Assembly (NCBI GenBank): GCA_049280815.1
Contig: JBAPQW010000087.1
Coordinates: 2,522-66,521 of the forward strand
DNA from: Verrucomicrobiia bacterium
GTDB lineage: Bacteria > Verrucomicrobiota > Verrucomicrobiia > Limisphaerales > UBA11358
Reading direction: 5' to 3'
Length of the DNA stretch: 64,000 bases
Of this stretch, positions 44,203 to 52,545 are shown piece after piece. Numbering within the stretch: position 1 is the first letter of the stretch; each line of letters starts with the position of its first letter. Below the pieces are notes generated by a model. It saw only the letters and a program-made list of their open reading frames with translations. It was not told the origin of the DNA and did no database searches. The position numbers were made by a program, and so were the translations under genes.

Positions 44203-45602
44203 GTGTGTTGTTGCCACCCGTGCTCGTCGTGGACGACGAGAAGAACATGCGCCTGTCCCTCCAGACGGTGCTGAAGGGCGAAAACTACGCCACCCGCATG
44301 GCTGAATCCGCCGAGGAGGCGCTGCAGATCCTGGCGCACGAGGAATTTTTCATGGTCATCACCGATGCCCGGCTCGGCGGCATGAGCGGCTATGAATTCC
44401 TCGCCAAAATCCACCACCAATGGCCCGACCTGCCGGCGCTCATGCTGACCGCCTACGCCACCCCCAAGCTGGCCGTGGAAGCCATCAAGGCCGGGGCGAT
44501 GGACTACCTGTCCAAACCGTTCGCGCCGGAGGAATTGTTGCATGCCGTCGCCCGCTGCGCCGAGCGCTGCCGGCTCCTGCAGGAAAACGCCGCGCTGCGC
44601 TCGCGCGCCAACGAAACTTTCAGCCTCGAGCAAATCGTGGGTGAATCGCAATCCATCCGCGAGTTGCGGAAATTGATCCAGACCGTCGCCCCCACGGACG
44701 CGCGGGTGCTCATTCTGGGCGAAAGCGGCACGGGCAAGGAACTGGTCGCCGGCGCGCTGCATGCATTGAGCCTGCGGCATGCAGCAAATTACGTCCGCAT
44801 CAATTGCGCGGCCATTCCAGAAACCCTGCTCGAAAGCGAGTTGTTCGGACACGAAAAGGGCGCGTTCACCGGCGCGTTGAAACAAAAACCCGGCCGGGTC
44901 GAAGAAGCCGACAATGGCACGATTTTTCTCGATGAAATCGCGGACATGAGCAAGTCGCTGCAAGCCAAGCTGCTGCGGTTTTTGGAAGACGGCACGTTCA
45001 CCCGCGTCGGCGGCACGCGGGAACTCCGGGTCAACGTCCGCCTGATCGCCGCAACCAACCGAAACATTGTGCAAGCCATCGCCGCCGATCAGTTTCGCGA
45101 GGACTTGTTTCATCGCCTGAACGTGGTGCAATTCCGCCTCCCGCCGCTGCGCGAACGGGAGGGTGACGTCTTGCTGCTGGCCGGACATTTTTTGAAATTG
45201 TTCCGCACCACGCTGAACAAGAATGTGAAGGGTATTTTGCCCGGCGCATGCCAAAAATTGCAGTCGCACTCCTGGCCGGGCAACGTCCGCGAATTGCGCA
45301 ATGTCATCGAACGCGCGTTGATTCTGGAAACGACCCCCGAAGTCCAGCCGTCCAGCCTGCCGGATTTCCAGGTTGAAACCCGGCTGCAAAAGGCCACGGC
45401 CCCGCAAATCGCGCCCGACGAATCGCTCGACGACGCGATGGCGCGTTTGGAACGTGAATTGATTGCCCGGGCGATGGAACAAAACGAATTCAACCTGACG
45501 CGCGCCTCCGAACAGCTTAAACTGACCCGGCATTCGCTCCGTTATCGGATGCAACGGCTGAAGATGGACTTCCGCGACAACGGCCCGGAGGAAAGCCTGT
45601 GA
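44199..45602 (+). CDS. Sigma-54-dependent response regulator (NtrC family)
   Basis: REC (VLVVDDEKNMR...ITDARLGGMSG), GESGTGKE, GAFTGA, and a C-terminal HTH (ASEQLKLTRHSLRYRM). ATGA overlap with the kinase gene. Confidence 0.92.
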   Translation: MSVLLPPVLVVDDEKNMRLSLQTVLKGENYATRMAESAEEALQILAHEEFFMVITDARLGGMSGYEFLAKIHHQWPDLPALMLTAYATPKLAVEAIKAGAMDYLSKPFAPEELLHAVARCAERCRLLQENAALRSRANETFSLEQIVGESQSIRELRKLIQTVAPTDARVLILGESGTGKELVAGALHALSLRHAANYVRINCAAIPETLLESELFGHEKGAFTGALKQKPGRVEEADNGTIFLDEIADMSKSLQAKLLRFLEDGTFTRVGGTRELRVNVRLIAATNRNIVQAIAADQFREDLFHRLNVVQFRLPPLREREGDVLLLAGHFLKLFRTTLNKNVKGILPGACQKLQSHSWPGNVRELRNVIERALILETTPEVQPSSLPDFQVETRLQKATAPQIAPDESLDDAMARLERELIARAMEQNEFNLTRASEQLKLTRHSLRYRMQRLKMDFRDNGPEESL

Positions 45603-45644
45603 CGTTCAAACGGCAAACTGAGACCCGATGTTATTGTTGATGCC

Positions 45645-45908
45645 ATGGGAAGCGTAATACCAGTAACCGTCCGGATGGCGCCGGAATGGGTGGACGTTTT
45701 GGTCATGACCGGCTCTTTCCTGCTGGTGGCAGCGGGTGCGCTGATCTGGATATTGTTCTTTCACAAGACCCGGCGGCGGCGGCGCAAACACCGCCGTCAC
45801 CATTCCTCCAGTCCGCCCGATGGAGCTCTCGTCCAAGAAGGCGGATTGCCGCCGGATCGCCGGGGAGAGAAATCCTCCGGCCCGCAGCCGCCAACGCCCC
45901 GACCGTGA
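45645..45908 (+). CDS. Small single-pass membrane protein with Arg/His-rich tail
   Basis: 87 aa. TM helix VLVMTGSFLLVAAGALIWILFF followed by KTRRRRRKHRRHH. Its stop overlaps the next ATG (gTGATGc), which suggests translational coupling. Confidence 0.4.
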   Translation: MGSVIPVTVRMAPEWVDVLVMTGSFLLVAAGALIWILFFHKTRRRRRKHRRHHSSSPPDGALVQEGGLPPDRRGEKSSGPQPPTPRP

Positions 45909-46777
45909 TGCAACACAGCCGCGCGATCACCCGCAAAAGCGCCTCCAATCTGGCGCTGGCCTTCGTCATTCTGCCCCGCGCCAAACGCGACGCCATGTCT
46001 GCGCTTTACGCCTTTTGCCGGGAAGTGGACGATGTGGCGGATGAGGAATCGGTTCCGGTTGAAAAACGCCGCGCGCAGCTCGCCGCCTGGCGCGCCGACA
46101 TTCGCCGCGCCTGCGCCAATGATGTTCCACAATTTGACGTCAATCGGGAGTTGCAGCCGGTCATTCGCCAATACCAGCTGCCGTTCGCACTCTTCGACGA
46201 ATTGATCAAAGGCTGCGAGATGGATTTGGAGAACCAGCGCTACGAAACCTTCGCGCAACTCGAACTTTACTGCCATCGCGTGGCTTCGGTGGTCGGCCTT
46301 TTGAGCATCGAGATTTTCGGCTATCAAAACCCCGCGTGCCGGGTTTATGCCGTTCACCTCGGCAAGGCGCTGCAACTCACCAACATCCTGCGCGATGTCC
46401 ACACCGACGCCAAACGCGGCCGGATTTATCTGCCACTCGCCGATTTGCGAAAATTTGGCGTCACGCCCGACCAGATTTTTCAATCCGAATATTCCGACAG
46501 CTACCGCAAACTCGCCGGACACCTTGCTGCCCGCGCCAGGGATTTCTACCGCCTCGCCCGCGAAACACTGCCCGCCGAGGATCGCCGCGCCATGGTCGCC
46601 GCCGAATTGATGGGCGCGGTGTACTGGCGGCTGCTGCTTAAATTGGAATCGCAACAGTTCAACGTTTTTGGACCGCAACCGGCCCGGCTCAGCCGCGGAT
46701 ATAAAATCTTTCTGATTCTTCAAAGCAGGTTGCGTTTTGCGGTTGGAGCGACCGCCTCCCATTATGGACCGCCCTGA
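45908..46777 (+). CDS. Squalene/phytoene synthase family protein (HpnD/CrtB-like)
   Basis: Start MQHSRAITRKSASNLALAFVILPRAKRDAMSALYAFCREVDDVADE (first Asp-rich motif). Second motif NILRDVHTDAKRGRIYLP. 289 aa. Confidence 0.85.
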   Translation: MQHSRAITRKSASNLALAFVILPRAKRDAMSALYAFCREVDDVADEESVPVEKRRAQLAAWRADIRRACANDVPQFDVNRELQPVIRQYQLPFALFDELIKGCEMDLENQRYETFAQLELYCHRVASVVGLLSIEIFGYQNPACRVYAVHLGKALQLTNILRDVHTDAKRGRIYLPLADLRKFGVTPDQIFQSEYSDSYRKLAGHLAARARDFYRLARETLPAEDRRAMVAAELMGAVYWRLLLKLESQQFNVFGPQPARLSRGYKIFLILQSRLRFAVGATASHYGPP

Positions 46778-47612
46778 CACCGCACCTCCGATGGCGGGAC
46801 GGCGGCTGATTGTCAACGCGGATGATTTCGGACGTTCCCGTTCCATCAACGCCGCCGTCATCCGGGCGCATCGCGAAGGCATTTTGACCAGCGCAAGCCT
46901 GATGGTGAACGAGCCGGATTTCGACGAAGCCGCAACCCTGGCCAAGGAAAATCCAAGACTTGGCGTTGGCTTGCACCTCACGCTGCTGATGGGGCATTCA
47001 ACCCTGCCACCGGAAAAAATTCCCGGCCTGGTCAACCGCCATGGCGAATTCAGCAATGCTCCGGTCGCCGTCGGCATGAAATACTATTTTAATCGCGGCC
47101 TGCGCGAACAATTGCGAATGGAAATCCACGCTCAATTCGACCGCTTCCGCGCCACCGGCCTGCCCCTGGATCACGTCAACGGCCATCTCCATCTGCACCT
47201 GCATCCCACCGTATTCCACATTCTGATGGAGGACGCGGAGAAACTGGGCATCCGGCACCTGCGGCTCACGCGTGACTGCCTCGCGCGCAGCCGGCGCATG
47301 ACCCACGGCCGCTGGTTTTACCGCGTCTCCCATGCGGCAATTTACGCCTGGCTCTCGCATCGCGCCCGCGAACCGTTGCGGCAACGCGGCATCAAGCACG
47401 CCCAAATCACCTTCGGCCTGCTGCAAAATGCCTGCGTGAACGAGGCCTACGTTTTGCAGCTGCTGCCGGAACTGCCACCCGGCGATTCCGAGCTTTACTC
47501 GCATCCATCACTCGATGAAGCAAACCCTGAATTTGATGCCCTCGTCAGTCCGCGCGTCCAGGAACTGGTACAAAAGCTCGGCGTCGAGTTGATTCGATAC
47601 CAGGATCTGTGA
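46764..47612 (+). CDS. YdjC/ChbG-family carbohydrate deacetylase (HpnK-like)
   Basis: LIVNADDFGRSRSINAAVIRAHREGILTSASLMV and DHVNGHLHLHLHP are YdjC-family strings. The start is ambiguous (46764 or 46791). Confidence 0.8.
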   Translation: MDRPDTAPPMAGRRLIVNADDFGRSRSINAAVIRAHREGILTSASLMVNEPDFDEAATLAKENPRLGVGLHLTLLMGHSTLPPEKIPGLVNRHGEFSNAPVAVGMKYYFNRGLREQLRMEIHAQFDRFRATGLPLDHVNGHLHLHLHPTVFHILMEDAEKLGIRHLRLTRDCLARSRRMTHGRWFYRVSHAAIYAWLSHRAREPLRQRGIKHAQITFGLLQNACVNEAYVLQLLPELPPGDSELYSHPSLDEANPEFDALVSPRVQELVQKLGVELIRYQDL

Positions 47613-47647
47613 TGTGACGACAATTCCAATCATTCTCCTCAACGCCG

Positions 47648-48337
47648 TCAAATAGACACCCGCGCCAAAACTTCTGCCAACCGTTCCGCGGCAAACCGGG
47701 TTTGTTTCTGCAGCTTCAGCAACGCGCCGATTTTTCCCGGTGATTTGAGGACGGCCAGCGCCAGCTTGCCGTAATCCAGATTCTTGTCGGGCCTGGCCAG
47801 CTGGTTGAAATCCAGCGGCAAATCCTCGCCGGCCGTATCCGAAATCACCCGCACCGTTGCGCAGGGAATCCCGCGCTCGCGGCACACGGCATGAATCGCC
47901 GCCGATTCCATCTCCACCGCGTCCGCGCCGGTTTCAGCACGTAATCTCTTCTTTTCGGCGACGGTTGTGGCAATGCGGTCGGCGCAGAAAAACCTTGCCG
48001 GTTTCGCGCCGGCGGCGACAAATTGGTCGTAGCCGCCGACGTGAGTCGGCTCTGATTGACTTCCGATTCCAGTTTGAGCCGACTCACGTCGGCTGCTACT
48101 GGGAAAACGAGTTTCAAAAACAACCTCGCCCAGTTTCAAATCCGGGTTCAGGCCGCCGGCGAAACCACACGTCAGTACGAGTTTTGGTGAACTTGAGGGG
48201 AGCAATTCGCGCACGGCTTTTTCCGCGTTTTTCCGCCCGATACCGGTGACGAGAACGGAAACCTCCGGCCGGCCGGCCGCGATTTTCCGAAACGGCTCGG
48301 CTTCCACTTTTAGCGCGAAACAGATAAGTATAAACAT
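47648..48337 (-). CDS. PNP/UDP-type nucleoside phosphorylase family protein (HpnG-like)
   Basis: Start MFILICFALKVEAEPF. Motifs TGIGRKNAEKA, CGFAGGLNP and AVEMESAAI. It contains an in-frame palindromic element at 48029-48099. Confidence 0.75.
   Translation of the reverse strand: MFILICFALKVEAEPFRKIAAGRPEVSVLVTGIGRKNAEKAVRELLPSSSPKLVLTCGFAGGLNPDLKLGEVVFETRFPSSSRRESAQTGIGSQSEPTHVGGYDQFVAAGAKPARFFCADRIATTVAEKKRLRAETGADAVEMESAAIHAVCRERGIPCATVRVISDTAGEDLPLDFNQLARPDKNLDYGKLALAVLKSPGKIGALLKLQKQTRFAAERLAEVLARVSI
48029..48099. repeat. Double-hairpin palindromic element, subtype 1, inserted in frame in the HpnG-like gene
   Basis: GTAGCCGCCGACGTGAGTCGGCTC, 23 nt, GAGCCGACTCACGTCGGCTGCTAC. It encodes SSSRRESAQTGIGSQSEPTHVGG on the minus strand. 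Confidence 0.85.
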
Positions 48338-48403
48338 TGGGCTGCTTGGCACGGAGCGCGGACGGCTCGTCCGCGTGTTCGCGGGCAAGCTGCCCGCGCT
48401 CCT

Positions 48404-49183
48404 TCATTTGATTCCCGCCAGCCTTTCTTTCCAAATCCGGTAAAGCTCCACCGTGGCGCGGACGTCGCGCAGGCAGTATTCGGCGATTTCCCGGAATTTG
48501 CCCTCGGCCATCAGCGCGTTCACGTCCATGCCGGTGACGCCATGGCTTTTGGGCGATTCGATGCCGAAGGCCTTGCAGTAGAAATCCAGGTTGAACCGGC
48601 GCGCCGCGCCTTCGCGCCCGCTCACGCCATAAAACGTGAATTGTTCCGCCAAATCGCAATGCGGCTCGACGGCGTAACGGTAGCCCAGCCAGTTCTTCTT
48701 CGAGATGGGCACGTTAAGCAACGCGGAGCGGAGATACATGAACGGCACATCGAAGCCGCGCCCGTTGAAGGTCACCACCGAATCGTAATGCTTCGCCACG
48801 TCCCAGAACGCGGTGAGCAGTTCGGCCTCATCTGCGCACGGCACAAATTCAACCGGCCCGCCTTCGCCCGCCTCCTCCTCGAAATCCTCGGCCAGGAACA
48901 GCGACTGGCCGCGGAGCGACTCGGCATTCAGCATGGCGATGCAAACGACCTGGGCAGTGAACGGCCAGAGATTAAACTGCTGCCGGATTTCGGCGCGTTT
49001 GGTTTCGCGGGCCGGTTCCTCGGCAATTTTTTCCGCCTCGCGGAACAGGTATTCCTGCTGCGCCTCGTCAAAAAGGTCGAGCGGCAGGGCGGAAGTCTCG
49101 ATGTCGAAAACGATGGTGGCCACGTGGGAATTAACCGCCAAGATGCCAGGGACGCCAAGAACATTTTCCAGATTTGTTTCCAA
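48404..49183 (-). CDS. RNase H-fold 3'-5' exonuclease (PolB-exonuclease-like)
   Basis: Exo motifs IVFDIETSAL, VTFNGRGFDVPFMY and EYCLRDVRATVELY. Confidence 0.8.
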   Translation of the reverse strand: METNLENVLGVPGILAVNSHVATIVFDIETSALPLDLFDEAQQEYLFREAEKIAEEPARETKRAEIRQQFNLWPFTAQVVCIAMLNAESLRGQSLFLAEDFEEEAGEGGPVEFVPCADEAELLTAFWDVAKHYDSVVTFNGRGFDVPFMYLRSALLNVPISKKNWLGYRYAVEPHCDLAEQFTFYGVSGREGAARRFNLDFYCKAFGIESPKSHGVTGMDVNALMAEGKFREIAEYCLRDVRATVELYRIWKERLAGIK

Positions 49184-49213
49184 GAACCTTGGCGTCCTTG
49201 GGGTCTTGACGGT

Positions 49214-50953
49214 TCAAACCGGCTCGGCAATCAGGTCATAGTCCGTGTGGCCTGCGATTTTGACCCGGGCAAATTCGCCCGGCGACAATTTCCCGCGCAC
49301 GTAAACCCGGCCGTCAATGTCGGGAGCGTCCGCTTCGCCGCGGCCAATCACATAGTTGAGAGTTGAAAGTTGAACGTTGAAGGTTTGTTTGTCGCGCAGG
49401 AGGCCGTGTTCCCAGGAGGATATATTGGCCTGCTGAAGTTGCTTTTCGTTGGCCTTGCCTTCGATCAGGACTTTCAGCGTGCGGCCGACAAAGGATTGCG
49501 AAACCTGCCGGGCGATTTTGTGCTGCGCGGCCATGGCCAGCTTGCGGCGGCGCCGTTTCACCTTGTCGGAGATTTGTCCGCTCATCGCCCCGGCGCGCGT
49601 GCCGTCTTCCCTGGAATACGCGAACACGCCGAGCCGCTCGAATTTGGTTTCGCGGATGAAATGCAGCAGCGTGTTGAAGCTCGCCTCGGTTTCGCCGGGA
49701 AAGCCGACGATGAACGTCGTCCGCAAGGCGATGCCCGGCACGCCGGCGCGGATTTTCGCCAACAAATCCACGATGTATTGCTGGGACGTCTCGCGCCGCA
49801 TCCGTTCGAGCATGTTCCCGTGGATGTGCTGGAGGGGAATGTCCACGTAGCGCGCCACCTTCGGGGATTCGGCAATGGTCGAGATGAGTTCGTCCGTCCA
49901 ATGCGCCGGATGGGTGTACAGCAGGCGGATCCAGAAATCACCTTCGAGCGCATTCAACTCGCGCAACAAGGAGCAAATGGTCGTGGCATCGGCGGAAAGC
50001 GATCTGGCCGCCGCCGAAAATTTTTCCGGCGATGAAATGGCCCGGCTGTGGTTCGGCCGCAAATCGAGTCCGTAATAGGTTGAGTCCTGCGAAATCAGGT
50101 TCAGTTCCTTCACGCCATCGGCGATCAGCGCCTTCGCCTCGGCAACGATGTCCGCCTGTTGCCGGCTGCGATGCGAACCGCGCATCCGCGGGATGATGCA
50201 GAAACTACAGGGATGATTGCAGCCCTCGGCGATTTTGACGTAGGCAAAGTGTTTGGGCGTAAGACGAAATCGCGGTGTGCCGAAATCCGGGATGAAGGTG
50301 GGGCGCTGGCTCACTTCGAGCAATGGTTCATAAAGCGTAGCGGCGTCTCGGGAGAGCGCCGCCGATGTTTCCTTGGCGGACGGAATGGCGGCGCTCTGCT
50401 GAGTCGCCGCTACGACGGTTTTGGTTTTTCCGAATTTCCCCGTGCCACGAAGGGATTCCTCCTTTTCATGTTCGGCGGACGCACGATTCTTCTCCAATTC
50501 AGCCAAGCGGGAAACAACCTTTCCTTTTTGGGTTGTGGGCTTTGGACTTTGGACTTTTTCAGCGCGCCGGGCGACGGCCTGTTTGACGATATCCGACACC
50601 TGGGCGACCTGGTCGATGCCCATGAAGGCGTCCACCTCGGGCAGGAGCTTGGGCAGTTCGTCGCGGAACCGCTGCGAAAGACAGCCGGAAACGATGACGG
50701 CCTGGCCGCGATGATTCGCCTCGCGCAACTCGGCGGATTCGAGAATGGTATCCACGCTCTCCTCCTGCGCGGCATCAATGAAAGAGCAGGTGTTGACGAT
50801 GACGGCGTCAGCGGACGCGGCGTCGTTGGTGATTTCCACGCCGTCCTGGAGCAGTGCGCCGAGCATGATTTCGGCATCCACCAGGTTTTTGGCGCAACCG
50901 AGTGAAATCAGGCCGACCCGCAGCGGACGGTCAGGGGTAATCTTTTTTTTCAC
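49214..50953 (-). CDS. rimO: Ribosomal protein S12 methylthiotransferase, enlarged by internal insertions
   Basis: MTTase N-domain (LGCAKNLVDAE, NTCSFIDAA). Radical SAM AEGCNHPCSFC. C-terminal TRAM domain (...ADAPDIDGRVYV). At 579 aa it is longer than the roughly 440 aa I recall for typical RimO. Confidence 0.9.
   Translation of the reverse strand: MKKKITPDRPLRVGLISLGCAKNLVDAEIMLGALLQDGVEITNDAASADAVIVNTCSFIDAAQEESVDTILESAELREANHRGQAVIVSGCLSQRFRDELPKLLPEVDAFMGIDQVAQVSDIVKQAVARRAEKVQSPKPTTQKGKVVSRLAELEKNRASAEHEKEESLRGTGKFGKTKTVVAATQQSAAIPSAKETSAALSRDAATLYEPLLEVSQRPTFIPDFGTPRFRLTPKHFAYVKIAEGCNHPCSFCIIPRMRGSHRSRQQADIVAEAKALIADGVKELNLISQDSTYYGLDLRPNHSRAISSPEKFSAAARSLSADATTICSLLRELNALEGDFWIRLLYTHPAHWTDELISTIAESPKVARYVDIPLQHIHGNMLERMRRETSQQYIVDLLAKIRAGVPGIALRTTFIVGFPGETEASFNTLLHFIRETKFERLGVFAYSREDGTRAGAMSGQISDKVKRRRRKLAMAAQHKIARQVSQSFVGRTLKVLIEGKANEKQLQQANISSWEHGLLRDKQTFNVQLSTLNYVIGRGEADAPDIDGRVYVRGKLSPGEFARVKIAGHTDYDLIAEPV
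50337..50413. repeat. Double-hairpin palindromic element, subtype 2, inserted in frame in rimO
   Basis: GTAGCGGCGTCTCGGGAGAGCGCCGCC, 23 nt, GGCGGCGCTCTGCTGAGTCGCCGCTAC. It encodes VAATQQSAAIPSAKETSAALSRDAAT on the minus strand. Confidence 0.85.
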
Positions 50954-50994
50954 AGGCCAGTCAAGCTACGCGAGGCGGCGGGTGGAGTCGAAAA

Positions 50995-52545
50995 TTAATT
51001 GCCAGCTGGACTGGTGGCGGGCGCGTTCGTGGGCGCCTGTGCGGCTGGAACCGGCGCGGGGGTGACAATGGTAGCCGGCGGCGCGTTGGTTTCACCGGGC
51101 ATTCCCAGTTGCGAGCGGATGATGGCCCGCGCGGCGAAAGGCGCCCCTTGTTGCGGGTCGAGCAACTGGTTAAGCACGGCTTGATTCAAGTCGGCAAAAG
51201 GCGGCAGGCTGATGCGGTCCAGATTGGATTTCCGGCCTTCAATTTCCTTTTGGTAATGCTCATAAACCTTGGCGGCGAGCAGCTTGAAGCCGGCGTAGCG
51301 ATCATCCTCCCCGAGGGCCAGGGCGCGATAAGCCTGACCGAGCAGGCCTTCCACCGCCGACGTGGTGCGTTCCTGCGAGGTGTCGCCAATGTCCTCCTGC
51401 ACCCGCGCGACGGCATATTGGTCGAGGGTGAGGTTCCGCGGCAGGGAATTGGTGTCCCCATCAATGATTTGCTTGTCGGGATATCGCTCACCGAGGTACT
51501 GCAGCCAGTGGGCCGCCTCGGCCGTGCGATTGTGTTCATACAAAAAATAAACCGCGTTCCGCAGAAAATTCCGGTGCGCGTTGGCGACGTTGTTGGTGTA
51601 TTTGGGGTCCTCCCACATCATCGTTTCATAGGCCGCATTGACCTTCGGAGCCAGGTCCAGGTTGGGCCCCAGCTCATAGGTCTTGTTGAAGGGATTGGCG
51701 ATGAACCGCCCGTGATAAAATGCCTGGAGCATGGACTGGTAAATGTTGCGGCGCACTGTGATCAAGTCGTCCGTCTTCACCTTGTCGGGATGTTCCCTCG
51801 CCTTTTCCAGGCCCAAGGCGCCCCAGTAAATCGCATGGGCCTCGGGCAGCCGCCAGTCGAGCGGTCCGTAGAGCGCATTCACCTTTTCCGCGAAGGCCGG
51901 GTCGAGCTTGTATTTGTTGGTGAACAATTGCATCCGCGTCACCGCCTCGGCCGTTTGCGGCTGGAGCAACTCGCTGAAATTCGTCCCGTTGGCGCCAAAG
52001 AACGGCATCATCTCCCGCGCCCATTCCTGTTTGTAATACAGATTGGCGTCGTCGAGGTTCTGCCCCATTTTATGCTGAAAGAACCAGGCCAGCTCGCGGT
52101 ACAGGAGAATCTCGTTGGGATTGTAGCGCAGGCCTTCGTCCCGCAGCAGTTCAATGCCCCGCTCCACCCAGCGCCAGCGGTCCGGGGCATCCTTGAACTT
52201 CACCGAAATGTTGTAGGCCATGTTCCACGCCTGAAACAGCCAGACCTGGGTGAAATGCGGCTCCAGGGCCGTGATCCAGTCCGCCAGCTGGGCCGCCTCA
52301 AAAAACTTGTCGTCTATCTGCAAATCGTTGGCGCGAATCCAGAGATAATTTGAAATCAAACCGCGGAAACCGCCCAGCGCGACCGTGGTGAACGCCAGCA
52401 CGGGCGGCGCGCCTGCCAAGGCCGACACGCGCGTCAACCCCAGCTGGTCGCGGTCGCGGTTCAAGGACTGCTGCACCCGGCCGGCACCGAAGAGCAAGGC
52501 GGCCGCCAGCAGCAGCAAAAGGAATTTCCTGGCCCGCGCGTTCAT
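50995..52545 (-). CDS. Membrane-anchored helical-repeat protein of unknown function
   Basis: Start MNARARKFLLLLLAAALLF (ATGA overlap with the upstream permease stop). Long W/Y/F-rich helical body. Pro/Ala-rich tail. Confidence 0.7.
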   Translation of the reverse strand: MNARARKFLLLLLAAALLFGAGRVQQSLNRDRDQLGLTRVSALAGAPPVLAFTTVALGGFRGLISNYLWIRANDLQIDDKFFEAAQLADWITALEPHFTQVWLFQAWNMAYNISVKFKDAPDRWRWVERGIELLRDEGLRYNPNEILLYRELAWFFQHKMGQNLDDANLYYKQEWAREMMPFFGANGTNFSELLQPQTAEAVTRMQLFTNKYKLDPAFAEKVNALYGPLDWRLPEAHAIYWGALGLEKAREHPDKVKTDDLITVRRNIYQSMLQAFYHGRFIANPFNKTYELGPNLDLAPKVNAAYETMMWEDPKYTNNVANAHRNFLRNAVYFLYEHNRTAEAAHWLQYLGERYPDKQIIDGDTNSLPRNLTLDQYAVARVQEDIGDTSQERTTSAVEGLLGQAYRALALGEDDRYAGFKLLAAKVYEHYQKEIEGRKSNLDRISLPPFADLNQAVLNQLLDPQQGAPFAARAIIRSQLGMPGETNAPPATIVTPAPVPAAQAPTNAPATSPAGN

